Shown here piece by piece: positions 17,457 to 25,600 of a stretch of DNA of 46,403 nt. Source of the stretch: a virus. Its lineage: Duplodnaviria; Caudoviricetes. Within the stretch, counting starts at the first letter, position 1. Every line of letters starts with the position of its first letter. The notes under the pieces are model-generated. The model was not told where the DNA came from. It did no database searches and saw only the letters and a list, made by a program, of their open reading frames with translations. The stretch covers positions 1 to 46,403 of IMG/VR virus record IMGVR_UViG_3300044667_000191. One strand, written 5' to 3'. A program made the position numbers and the translations under genes.

Positions 17457-17795
17457 GGCGGGCAGTGCGAGTGTTCGTTCGTTCCTCACTCTCACTGCCC
17501 CGCCGAATGCAACAGTGAAATACCTAGAGCTTGCCTTCACTGTGACAATGTGTGTCCGTTTTGCCCATCGATAGCCTAGTGTGCACTTCATGTGCACATT
17601 AGGCCGTTTGGAGTACATTCGAATTTCTCTGAGACGAAATGCATTCTAACCGAGTAATCGAATTTGTGGACTCGATTACTCTATTGATTGCACTTCACTT
17701 ACGCTTTATGGCAATTCCTACGAATCCACCAGAGTGAAAGTAAAGCGTTGTCGTGTCCATTTGCTTGACTTGATCACCAAGTGATGCAATCCAAT
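17457..17795. other. Hairpin-dense non-coding tract
   Basis: Stem-loops at 17457-17504, 17512-17543, 17574-17604, 17652-17681 and a nested 17683-17795. Confidence 0.6.
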
Positions 17796-17849
17796 TATTA
17801 GCTCGACGCCCTCGCCAATTGGCATGACGAATTGTGCTTCGCTTGTTCA

Positions 17850-18047
17850 TTAGAAAGGAGCTCCATCAAATGTCGTGTTCCACAATGGACGATTAGCCAA
17901 CCGATATACAACACGCTCACTGATGAACATGTCACTGTTACGCCAATACTTCAGCATTACAGTGTCCGTTGGCTCGTACAATCCAGTTCGTACGGCCTTG
18001 CTTCCGCTATATGTGAATGTGATTTCAATTATCTTGCGCAACTTCAC
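17850..18047 (-). CDS. Hypothetical protein (start GTG 18047)
   Basis: GAGGAG RBS; GTGA overlap. Confidence 0.6.
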   Translation of the reverse strand: MKLRKIIEITFTYSGSKAVRTGLYEPTDTVMLKYWRNSDMFISERVVYRLANRPLWNTTFDGAPF

Positions 18048-18178
18048 CCTAAAAGCTCCTCGCAAATCAAGCACTGACCATCCCGCTTTTCACAGTTAAC
18101 GACATGCTCGTACAATTCATCATCAGTCATGTCATCGGAATGGTTTTCACTGTTCTGTTCTGATTCCTCATCCAACAT
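18044..18178 (-). CDS. Very small acidic/Cys protein; start uncertain
   Basis: H-x3-C...CxxC; stop coupled to the next gene; ATG 18178 overlaps a predicted -10, so the true start may be downstream. Confidence 0.4.
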   Translation of the reverse strand: MLDEESEQNSENHSDDMTDDELYEHVVNCEKRDGQCLICEELLG

Positions 18179-18205
18179 GGTGTGGGCGCCCCAAATTCCA
18201 GTCAC
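18174..18205 (-). promoter_or_regulatory. Repeated promoter motif, copy 3
   Basis: GTGACTGGAA-N16-CATGTT, just downstream of a terminator. Confidence 0.55.
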
Positions 18206-18242
18206 GTGAGCTTTTTCGATAAAGGTTTTGTTTGCGCAAAAC

Positions 18243-18277
18243 AAAAAAGCCCCGCAACCTAATTGGTTACGGGGCTT
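18243..18277 (-). terminator. Intrinsic terminator
   Basis: GCCCCGTAACC-AATTA-GGTTGCGGGGC followed by TTTTTT on the minus strand. Confidence 0.9.
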
Positions 18278-18282
18278 AATTG

Positions 18283-18462
18283 CTAATGCTGTCCAGCCTT
18301 ATTCGGAATGATTTGGTGATCATCCGATTGCGGAACTATATGATACCACTTTTTTTCACCACAATGATCAACCGAAATTTGCGTCTTGCATACCATGCAA
18401 ATTCGCGGCGGGTAGGTGCGCGGCTCTAACTGCACCTTGTTCTTCTTACGCCAGATTCTCAT
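18283..18462 (-). CDS. Small basic CxxC/His protein (start ATG 18462)
   Basis: AAGGGG RBS before MRIWRKK. Confidence 0.6.
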   Translation of the reverse strand: MRIWRKKNKVQLEPRTYPPRICMVCKTQISVDHCGEKKWYHIVPQSDDHQIIPNKAGQH

Positions 18463-18477
18463 TTTACCCCTTAGCTG

Positions 18478-18512
18478 AAAATGGCCGAGCAACTTTCGCT
18501 GCCCGGCCATTT
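18478..18512 (-). terminator. Hairpin terminator after the 381-aa gene
   Basis: AAATGGCCG..GCA / TGC..CGGCCATTT followed by T on the minus strand. Confidence 0.65.
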
Positions 18513-18520
18513 CATTTCGC

Positions 18521-19666
18521 TTAGTTCTTGTTTGCGTTTGCGCGGTCCTGCATTGCCTTCTGCTTTGCACTCAATGCAGCAGTTGCCGGACCCTGCGGAA
18601 CACGAGGCAGATTCTCATTTGCCTTAGTGTCCTCATTTACCTTCGCAGGCTCATTTGCCTTTTCGATTGCCTCTGCCTTGTTTTCCTCGGCGGGCTTTTC
18701 GGCAGGCTTTTCGGTTTCGGGCTTCGCGCTGTCGTCCGACTTGTTCTCAGTGTCAGTGGACTTTGCGCGCACATTCCGCGTCACCTTGAACTTCACGGTC
18801 TGCGGAATCTTCGTGGTCTTTTCGTCGTTGGGGTTCTGAACTTCGATGTCACGAGTGAAATCGAATTCCACAACCTCAGGCAGTGCGGCCGAGTCACGGA
18901 ATGAAGCATTGTACGCCTCGTACATGCGGCGCTCCAATGTCTCATCGTCAATCGCGTTGTCCGTGAGCTTCTTTGCGTTCCACTTCTCGTTCAAGACGTC
19001 AGCAGCAATGATGAAATTGCTCTTACCGCCCTTTGTGACGACCACACCGTCCATTTCAACGGTGTCGATGCGTGTCCGGTACTGGCGTCCCTCGGAAATT
19101 CCACCCATGGACTTTCGTCCGCGACCGCCCTTGATGGATTGCACCTCAGGGATGAGCGAAAGTACACCACCGTCGATTGCTTTGCCAGCAATCGTGAGGT
19201 ACTGGTCTGCGATATCGGCGAATGCTGCTGCGCGTGCCTTCTCGTCTTCGATGAGCTTTGCTTCTTCGTTTGCCGCCTTGCGCTCGATTTCGACTTGTTC
19301 CGGAGTGAGCGGCGGCTGAATTTGGGTCTTTGCCCATGCACGAAGCTTATCCTTAAGCTTCATCATTTCTTCGACAACCGCCTGGTAGTTCTTCTCGATT
19401 TCGAGAATTTCAGCCGGTGCCTGATTCGCATTCGTGCGAGTTGTCCAAAGCGCATCCAAGACAGATTCGTCATTGGCGTCCGCTGCGCGCGTCTGCTGAA
19501 TTCGCAGGACACGCGAATTGTGACGTGCAACCAATTCGAAAAGACCGGTGAGGGTCTTTTCGATCATGTCGGTTACCGCTTGAGGCTGACCGGTGTCAGC
19601 GAGGATCGCAGCGAACGGAGATTCGGTCACTGCGTCTTCGGCCTTAACCTCGGTCGTTTCGGACAT
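18521..19666 (-). CDS. Hypothetical 381-aa early protein (coiled coil, charged disordered tail)
   Basis: GAAAGGA RBS; has its own promoter and terminator. Confidence 0.85.
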   Translation of the reverse strand: MSETTEVKAEDAVTESPFAAILADTGQPQAVTDMIEKTLTGLFELVARHNSRVLRIQQTRAADANDESVLDALWTTRTNANQAPAEILEIEKNYQAVVEEMMKLKDKLRAWAKTQIQPPLTPEQVEIERKAANEEAKLIEDEKARAAAFADIADQYLTIAGKAIDGGVLSLIPEVQSIKGGRGRKSMGGISEGRQYRTRIDTVEMDGVVVTKGGKSNFIIAADVLNEKWNAKKLTDNAIDDETLERRMYEAYNASFRDSAALPEVVEFDFTRDIEVQNPNDEKTTKIPQTVKFKVTRNVRAKSTDTENKSDDSAKPETEKPAEKPAEENKAEAIEKANEPAKVNEDTKANENLPRVPQGPATAALSAKQKAMQDRANANKN

Positions 19667-19704
19667 TTCTCGTTCCTTTCGGGTTGGCGTTGCTCCCTAC
19701 CCAG

Positions 19705-19716
19705 ATATTACCACAT
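19705..19716 (-). promoter_or_regulatory. Extended -10 promoter for the 381-aa gene
   Basis: TGTGG-TAATAT about 40 nt upstream of the ATG. Confidence 0.6.
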
Positions 19717-19724
19717 GGCGAGAG

Positions 19725-19960
19725 CGAATCGCGCACCTACGCGCGTTCCAATGCACACAGTTCAGGGTCAGACAGTAGTCATACCGGACGCTGCGTGCAA
19801 AGGAAACAACGCATGGGATGAATTCAAGGTTCGACGCAATTCAGATTACACAGCGCTTTGATATCGCGCTCTCAGACTAATTCGGCATTAGGCACACTGT
19901 TGAATTGAAAAGAGCGAGCAATTCGCGTCTGCGATGAGGCGACTTACGACGCGCTTGCGA
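19725..19960 (-). ncRNA. Candidate ~240-nt multi-hairpin RNA or long leader
   Basis: No convincing ORF; lies directly after promoter copy 2; helices CGCGTC/GACGCG, CGCTCT/AGAGCG, GCGCTGTGT/ACGCAGCGT. Confidence 0.45.
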
Positions 19961-19965
19961 GATAC

Positions 19966-20003
19966 ATACTAGGCGACCAGCCAAAAATTCCACTCGCAAT
20001 TCC
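19966..20003 (-). promoter_or_regulatory. Repeated promoter motif, copy 2
   Basis: GGAATTGCGAGTGGAA-N16-TAGTAT. Confidence 0.65.
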
Positions 20004-20009
20004 AGCCGG

Positions 20010-20052
20010 GCTTTGACCGCGCAGACCAATTCGGCCTGCGCGCGTCAAAGTC
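20010..20052 (-). terminator. Long GC-rich hairpin after the first early operon
   Basis: CTTTGAC-G-CGCGCAG-GCC...GGT-CTGCGCG-GTCAAAG; no U-tract. Confidence 0.55.
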
Positions 20053-20060
20053 AGGTTGGA

Positions 20061-20273
20061 TCACTTACCGGCAGGCGACCAAATGCACCAGAGGACTTTG
20101 CCCGTTTTGCAATCGAATACCTCTGCGACAATCCAGCGGTATCCATCTGCCCCGTCGATTTCTCGGTATTCGTAATCGAGCGGACCGCCAGGAATTTGGA
20201 TGAATTCTGAGCGAGCTACGACCATTTGCGCTGTGTGCTTTGCGTCGGCTACTTCGCGAAACCTCTTCAGCAT
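20061..20273 (-). CDS. Hypothetical early protein (start ATG 20273)
   Basis: GAGGAG RBS before MLKRFREV. Confidence 0.7.
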   Translation of the reverse strand: MLKRFREVADAKHTAQMVVARSEFIQIPGGPLDYEYREIDGADGYRWIVAEVFDCKTGKVLWCIWSPAGK

Positions 20274-20274
20274 T

Positions 20275-20415
20275 TCAGTTCTCCTCGTCGTGAGTGCACT
20301 CTTTGATTGCGCGAATTGCTGCGTCAAGCATGGGAATCAATTCTTCGATCTCCAGCTCGTTCCCGTAGTAGCCTTTTGCGATCAATTCAAGCGCTTCGTC
20401 TTTTTCTGAGGCCAT
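20275..20415 (-). CDS. 46-aa acidic early protein, not in the supplied ORF track
   Basis: MASEKDEALELIAKGYYGNELEIEELIPMLDAAIRAIKECTHDEEN*; AGGAAGGGA RBS; stop lies 1 nt before the next ATG. Confidence 0.75.
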   Translation of the reverse strand: MASEKDEALELIAKGYYGNELEIEELIPMLDAAIRAIKECTHDEEN

Positions 20416-20474
20416 TTCAATTCCCTTCCTTTCTGTGAATTCTTGCGAACCCTTCGAATTGGCCCGACGGATGA

Positions 20475-20512
20475 ATCATGGCATGTTGTCCGAGATTTCC
20501 ACTCGCGATTCC
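20475..20512 (-). promoter_or_regulatory. Repeated promoter motif, copy 1
   Basis: GGAATCGCGAGTGGAA-N16-CATGAT, with TG extension. Confidence 0.65.
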
Positions 20513-20526
20513 GTTTTAGGTTCCGT

Positions 20527-20556
20527 AATCTGCCAGGTACCGTTTTCTCTTGTCAA
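20527..20556 (-). promoter_or_regulatory. Principal-sigma leftward promoter
   Basis: TTGACA-N18-CAGATT with TGG immediately before the -10. Confidence 0.65.
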
Positions 20557-20583
20557 CCATTCGCGCGAACTCAGTTCAAGCCC

Positions 20584-20612
20584 TTGCCGTCAACCAGACG
20601 AACACATAGAAT
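20584..20612 (+). promoter_or_regulatory. Principal-sigma rightward promoter
   Basis: TTGCCG-N17-TAGAAT, divergent from the leftward promoter. Confidence 0.7.
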
Positions 20613-20626
20613 AGGGGCAGCGGAGC

Positions 20627-20712
20627 AAGGAACGCCTAAGCCCCAAATTAGGTTTGTTCCTTAAAAAGAATGCCCACTTTCGGACGGGATTTGGTGGCCC
20701 TAGTCCCGTCCG
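20627..20712 (+). promoter_or_regulatory. Two leader hairpins upstream of the XRE gene
   Basis: AAGGAAC-GCCTAA/TTAGGT-GTTCCTT, and CGGACGGGAT/GTCCCGTCCG enclosing TTGGTGGCCCTA. Confidence 0.6.
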
Positions 20713-20748
20713 TCCACTCCCCCATCATTTACTTAACACGGGAGGGTA

Positions 20749-21327
20749 TTGTTCGTTGGACAGGTATGCAATCCAATTGTTGAGGCACGCCTGGAAAGTG
20801 GATACTCAGTAACCACTTTGGCTAAAAAGTTGGGCGTCTCCAAACAATACATTTCTCGCGCTGAACACGGAACGTATTCGTCACTTAATAATAAGCTCAT
20901 TACGTATGGCTCAAAGCAGCTTGGAATTAAGCCAGGCGTTTTTGTCCAGCGCTACAAGGAATTCCAGAATGTAACCCGAGTGGCCACGGTCGAAAATGTC
21001 AACCCTCAAATGTTGGCACGCAGAGGTAGCAAGTCTCCCGGGAATGTCATTTTTGTAAACTGGCGCTCCGGGTACTGGAATTCTATAACCTCTTTTTGCA
21101 ATGCATTCTGTCTTCATCCAGAAATTGTACGAGCATATGAAGATGGGATTCGTGAAGAAATGCCAGCTTCCATGCGTGATATATTGTCAAAGCTAAAAAT
21201 TCTTGACCCCAATTGGTGTGATGACCCAACAAAAGTTCAAAAGTCAAATCCACTTGATTTCTTGAATAGCGCACAGCGGACAATCGAAATACTCAAGCGA
21301 AATAGTATTTCACCCCTGAAGCCCTGA
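20749..21327 (+). CDS. XRE-family regulator, probably two HTH domains
   Basis: IVEARLESGYSVTTLAKKLGVSKQYISRAEHG, and a second degenerate unit ending VRAYEDG; GGAGG RBS. Confidence 0.85.
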   Translation: MFVGQVCNPIVEARLESGYSVTTLAKKLGVSKQYISRAEHGTYSSLNNKLITYGSKQLGIKPGVFVQRYKEFQNVTRVATVENVNPQMLARRGSKSPGNVIFVNWRSGYWNSITSFCNAFCLHPEIVRAYEDGIREEMPASMRDILSKLKILDPNWCDDPTKVQKSNPLDFLNSAQRTIEILKRNSISPLKP

Positions 21328-21495
21328 AGCTCTGTACGCCGTTCTAAGGCATGTTCAGGAAGCGACCTTCCCTATCTACCCACAAGGGGGTCTGGACGCT
21401 CAGAGGTGCCTTCAAGCGCCGGGAAGGGGTATCTGTGGGGTTTGATCATGCGATCCGGCCCCGGACCCCTCTAGATGATCTTGAAATGAGGAAAA

Positions 21496-22407
21496 ATGGC
21501 CAAACCCATGTCGGCAAACCAATTTATTTCACAAATGACCCGTTGGGGAATTACGGTACACGAGGATTTCCGTGATTGGGCAACACATAATCGCGGCAAC
21601 AGAGGGAATGGATGGGGACCCGTTCACGGAATTGTGCAGCACCACACTGGAGCAGATAACACAACGCCTGATTTCCTCTATCACGGAGACGGCAATCTCC
21701 CAGGGCCGCTCTGTCATGTGGGAAACGATGTCAACGGAATTCTTCATCTCATTGGATGGGGGCGGGCAAATCACGCTGGTGGTGGAGACTCGCGAGTCCT
21801 AAATCATGTAATTAATGAGGATTACGGTCAACATATCCTCGTTCCTAAATTTGGCGAGGGAGACGATGGCGCTTACGATGGAAATGGTGTTTTCTACGGA
21901 ATAGAGAACATGTATTCCGGTGGACACCCAATGAGCACCAAGCAAATGCACACAGCAATTCTTTTTTCCGCTGCGATTTGTGAATTCCACCAATGGACTG
22001 AGCTAAGTGTAATTGGCCACGGAGAATGGTCACATTACAAAACTGATCCAAGCGAAAGTGAAAATGGCAAGAAGATGATGGATATGGTCCAGTTTCGCAA
22101 TTATGTAAAGGTTGCACTTAAGGCTGGACCCGGCCACAAGCCGTCAATTGAAACCAAAGTTCCAAGGTTCCCTGGAATTCTGCACCCTGGAATTACCTCT
22201 AAATATGTCACAATGCTCGATGAGCAACTGATAAAAATCGGATATAAGCGGTATTACAACAGCGGCCCAGGTCCATATTTCGGAAAAGGTACCGCAAATG
22301 CAGTTAAGGCATTCATGTCTCACCATAAGGAATTGTGGACCGGCGGCGAACCTGATTCAATAGTTGGCCCTAAGACATGGGAAGCAATCTTTAGAACAAA
22401 GGATTAA
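21496..22407 (+). CDS. Endolysin: N-acetylmuramoyl-L-alanine amidase (Amidase_2) plus C-terminal peptidoglycan-binding domain
   Basis: IVQHHTG, PGPLCH, GRANHAG, YGIE, VIGHGEW..KTDP; FGKGTANAVKAF...DSIVGPKTW. Confidence 0.92.
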   Translation: MAKPMSANQFISQMTRWGITVHEDFRDWATHNRGNRGNGWGPVHGIVQHHTGADNTTPDFLYHGDGNLPGPLCHVGNDVNGILHLIGWGRANHAGGGDSRVLNHVINEDYGQHILVPKFGEGDDGAYDGNGVFYGIENMYSGGHPMSTKQMHTAILFSAAICEFHQWTELSVIGHGEWSHYKTDPSESENGKKMMDMVQFRNYVKVALKAGPGHKPSIETKVPRFPGILHPGITSKYVTMLDEQLIKIGYKRYYNSGPGPYFGKGTANAVKAFMSHHKELWTGGEPDSIVGPKTWEAIFRTKD

Positions 22408-22410
22408 AAA

Positions 22411-22638
22411 ATGAGGACGTACACACGAACACATATTCATGTGACTTTCGCTAATCCATACCTTAGATGTGAAACTTGCGGGAAAAGGGCAGAAGGATTT
22501 CACGATGAAAGTAAATGTGGATGCACAGAAGGAAATTACAATGTCCCCTGTGAGCATCCGATCGGGGTGAACGATATTTGCCCCTCATGGTCTCCCGTTG
22601 ACGGATGTACTTGCAAAACGCCTCACGCGAAAGGCTAG
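22411..22638 (+). CDS. Small Cys/His-rich protein
   Basis: Eight Cys in 75 aa; follows the endolysin stop. Confidence 0.6.
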   Translation: MRTYTRTHIHVTFANPYLRCETCGKRAEGFHDESKCGCTEGNYNVPCEHPIGVNDICPSWSPVDGCTCKTPHAKG

Positions 22639-22642
22639 TGGG

Positions 22643-22891
22643 ATGGATGGTTCAGAATTCACGATTGAAATTTCAAAACAGCCTGAAAGTTTTGTGCGAG
22701 AGTTCTGGATCAAAGTTCCTATTGGCGAACAAATGCTATATCATTTTTGGAAAGGAGAAGAACAACCCAGCATGCAATCTCTGATTGACAAGCTAGCTAA
22801 AGCTTTTACCGAATGGTTGGAGGAAGGGAATAATGAACGAACAGGAACAAACGTCATCCCCCTCTCCTCAAGGAAGCTTTTTGACCGATGA
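22643..22891 (+). CDS. Hypothetical protein
   Basis: Fills the gap; start re-called to MDGSEF. Confidence 0.55.
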   Translation: MDGSEFTIEISKQPESFVREFWIKVPIGEQMLYHFWKGEEQPSMQSLIDKLAKAFTEWLEEGNNERTGTNVIPLSSRKLFDR

Positions 22892-23606
22892 AGAACTCGA
22901 TTTGGTTTTCTTCATTGAACGCTATCATTCTAGTACTGGCAATTCACCTGATGACAAAAAGATATGTCAAAGGTTTTCAAACATCACGCCAGAGTTCCTC
23001 TCAGCCTTCAAAAAGAATCCGCTTGTCCTTCGGTCAATGGCGGCTCGCGGCATTCCATTCCCGGACCCCGGCGAAAAGTTTTCTCAGCGTCAAATGTCTG
23101 CTGCCGCCACAATGCTTTCATATGTTGATCGTCGTTCGGACGAGAAAAAGCTACGTGATATTGGCGTCACTCCGCGAGAGTGGGCAGGATGGCTCCAAGA
23201 TGAAGAATTTGCCACCTATCTACGGGATAGATCAGAAAGGATGGCAACAAATTCCCTTCATGAAGCACACCTTGGATTGATTAAGGGAATGCGCTCAGGA
23301 AATACGGCCTCGATCAAACTTTTTCTAGAAATGCAGGGCCGATACAATCCTGAGCAGGAAAATGCAATTAATGTAAGACTCGTTCTACATAAGTTCATTG
23401 AGGTAATTCAGAAATATGTGCGCGATCCTATTACGCTACACAATATTGCACGAGACCTCTCAAGTATTGCAACTGAAGAAAGTTTTGGCCAGGCTTTGGG
23501 GAGAACGATAATCCAAGGAGACAATTCGTTTTCACCCAGAGTGAAACCGGCCGAAATTGTTTCATCTGAACCACCCATGTTCGAGCCGCCAAGGATCGGA
23601 AAATGA
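22833..23606 (+). CDS. Probable terminase small subunit (HTH)
   Basis: HTH-like RDIGVTPREWAGWLQDEEF followed by helices ending GNTASIKLFLEMQGRY, a common TerS pattern. Confidence 0.6.
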   Translation: MNEQEQTSSPSPQGSFLTDEELDLVFFIERYHSSTGNSPDDKKICQRFSNITPEFLSAFKKNPLVLRSMAARGIPFPDPGEKFSQRQMSAAATMLSYVDRRSDEKKLRDIGVTPREWAGWLQDEEFATYLRDRSERMATNSLHEAHLGLIKGMRSGNTASIKLFLEMQGRYNPEQENAINVRLVLHKFIEVIQKYVRDPITLHNIARDLSSIATEESFGQALGRTIIQGDNSFSPRVKPAEIVSSEPPMFEPPRIGK

Positions 23607-23992
23607 CGATGGAACTAACTCCTTCAAATTCTCCAACGGATCCATTCGGGCAAGTTACGCCAGAACAGCAAACAAAAGATTCAGCACATCAAGGACCAAT
23701 TCCTGAAATTGTCAATCAAGCTCATTTTAGGGCTGACACCGATTCACACCAACATGCACTACATCACACTCTTGGTAAGGGAAGAAATCAGTCAGCTCCA
23801 GGGGCTCACATTCATGATGGTGTTGATTCCCTAATGCTAGGTCCCATGATTTTTGATTCCACGCCAGGAAATGAAGGAAAAATAATACCTTCTCTCTCCA
23901 TATCTGGTTCACGCGGGGGCAATGCAGCACTTGCTTCCGTCATTGCGCTCCTTCAACAAGTCATAAATTTCACTGATAATACGACAGCCTAA
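23603..23992 (+). CDS. Probable minor virion protein
   Basis: His-rich HHTLG...GAHIHDG motif seen in tail/fibre proteins. Confidence 0.55.
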   Translation: MTMELTPSNSPTDPFGQVTPEQQTKDSAHQGPIPEIVNQAHFRADTDSHQHALHHTLGKGRNQSAPGAHIHDGVDSLMLGPMIFDSTPGNEGKIIPSLSISGSRGGNAALASVIALLQQVINFTDNTTA

Positions 23993-24002
23993 GGGGCGCA
24001 AA

Positions 24003-24272
24003 GTGGTCATCAAGGAATTCACTGGGACCGTAACCGCAGTAACCAATGGCGGTGCAAGTTTTATTTATGAGGGAACTGCCACGTTCAGTTTGACTCTTAA
24101 GGACCCAAGCACGCCCGGATACACTCTGGAGCGTGCTTGTCTTATGCTCGATGCAATTTGTGATCAACTTTACCAAGATAATCAAAGTGTCACAATCACT
24201 GGCACAGTGGTTTCATCTGATGACGCAAATACTGAACTTCTTTACACATGGAGCCCCAATCACCCTCGATGA
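24003..24272 (+). CDS. Hypothetical protein
   Basis: AAGGGG RBS, GTG start. Confidence 0.65.
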   Translation: MVIKEFTGTVTAVTNGGASFIYEGTATFSLTLKDPSTPGYTLERACLMLDAICDQLYQDNQSVTITGTVVSSDDANTELLYTWSPNHPR

Positions 24273-24284
24273 ATTAGAGGATAC

Positions 24285-24971
24285 ATGGGAAGCTATACAA
24301 CAAAGTATAAATTTTACAAACCAGATCCAAGTGAAAATGTAAATGTGGATACACACCTAAATGCCAATCTGGGAATCGTAGATTCTAGCCTTAGAGGTCA
24401 AGTTGATTATGAACAATACCTCACAGCTCAGTCTGGAATCGATAATACAACTTTGTCAAAAGTAAAAAAAGGTCACAAATTTTACAAGCCTTACAGTAAT
24501 TCTGTTATAGCTTCTGCTGGCTCTGGAAATTTTCCATGGCAAGACAAGAATGCATCTGTACCCAGTTTTACTAAAATTGATACATTCAATATCTTGAGCA
24601 CGATTTCAGGCCCATGGGCCGCACATCCAGTTTTTCCGCCCGGGTATAGACTAATTACTTCGCCCGGAAGCGGAACGACCGAAGTGGAATTTTTCGGTAG
24701 AATTTGGCAGACGGGTTCACCAATTACATCAAACTTCACGTTTACACCCGTGCTGACCCTTTCCGTGGCTCCACAAGCAATCGTGCCAGCAACATCAAAA
24801 TATTTTCAAGCAAGTGGAGGCGATTGTACTTCTGGGTATATGACGTATCGTCTAATATTCAATGCTGCCACTGGAAATATGGATCTCTACAAAATGGGTA
24901 GCGGAGTGCCTGTAGCGGGTTCTGAGAATTATGTTGATTTTAGTGGAGTCCGATACAGTTTGGAGGAATAG
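24285..24971 (+). CDS. Tail fibre/receptor-binding paralog 1
   Basis: N-terminal KFYKP...HLNANL motif; beta-rich C-terminus ending YVDFSGVRY. Confidence 0.7.
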   Translation: MGSYTTKYKFYKPDPSENVNVDTHLNANLGIVDSSLRGQVDYEQYLTAQSGIDNTTLSKVKKGHKFYKPYSNSVIASAGSGNFPWQDKNASVPSFTKIDTFNILSTISGPWAAHPVFPPGYRLITSPGSGTTEVEFFGRIWQTGSPITSNFTFTPVLTLSVAPQAIVPATSKYFQASGGDCTSGYMTYRLIFNAATGNMDLYKMGSGVPVAGSENYVDFSGVRYSLEE

Positions 24972-25600
24972 TGACCTATCTTAATTTCAATAAAGTTGTG
25001 CCTCCTTACCCAAATGATCCACTGGTAGATGTAAATAACCATCTAAATGCAAACTGGGATACACTAGAAACAAAGTTGAATGCTCTAAATCTCGGCTCTA
25101 CAACAATTATAAGCCCAGATGTTGGTCAAGAAATTGTTAGCTCAACTCCAAATTTTCGAGTTTGGAATGGATCGGCCTGGCGGGATCCTGATAATATTTC
25201 AGCAGCGTGGACAGCGTGGAATTTGGTACCTCTAAGTGGAAATGTCGTTACTCGAACAAGTGGATCTAGCTCCTTTCCGCTTAAGTGGCGGTCAAATCCA
25301 CTAATAAGGCAAGTCCAATTGGTTGGTGGACTACAAAGGGACGTATCTCAAACGGCATGGGCAACAGGATTTACTGTAATCACAGATGGAGCTTCTGGAA
25401 TTCCATCAACACAGGGCCCAATTGGTGGACTATCGCTTCAAGAATCAGCAGCAGCACTACCAAATTCACCGGCAAATGGAGCCTGCGGACGTCACCAAAT
25501 TGATATCAGTGGTGGCTTTGTTCGAATTCAGTCACGTTATGTCGGTGGCCCCGGCGGAGGAAATTTTCTAATGTACAATGGAGTGAAATGGTGGTACTGA
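24971..25600 (+). CDS. Tail fibre/receptor-binding paralog 2
   Basis: NFNK...HLNANWD motif; VWNGSAW; ends NGVKWWY. Confidence 0.7.
   Translation: MTYLNFNKVVPPYPNDPLVDVNNHLNANWDTLETKLNALNLGSTTIISPDVGQEIVSSTPNFRVWNGSAWRDPDNISAAWTAWNLVPLSGNVVTRTSGSSSFPLKWRSNPLIRQVQLVGGLQRDVSQTAWATGFTVITDGASGIPSTQGPIGGLSLQESAAALPNSPANGACGRHQIDISGGFVRIQSRYVGGPGGGNFLMYNGVKWWY

Noticed and set aside
9104-19773. CTGACC in three minus-strand hairpin loops (~9105, ~17424, ~19766)
   Set aside because: Only a 6-mer, and it also occurs elsewhere in both orientations; cannot be separated from chance by eye.
20749-21327. Lysogeny repressor implying a temperate lifestyle
   Set aside because: No integrase, partition genes or att-like context recognised.
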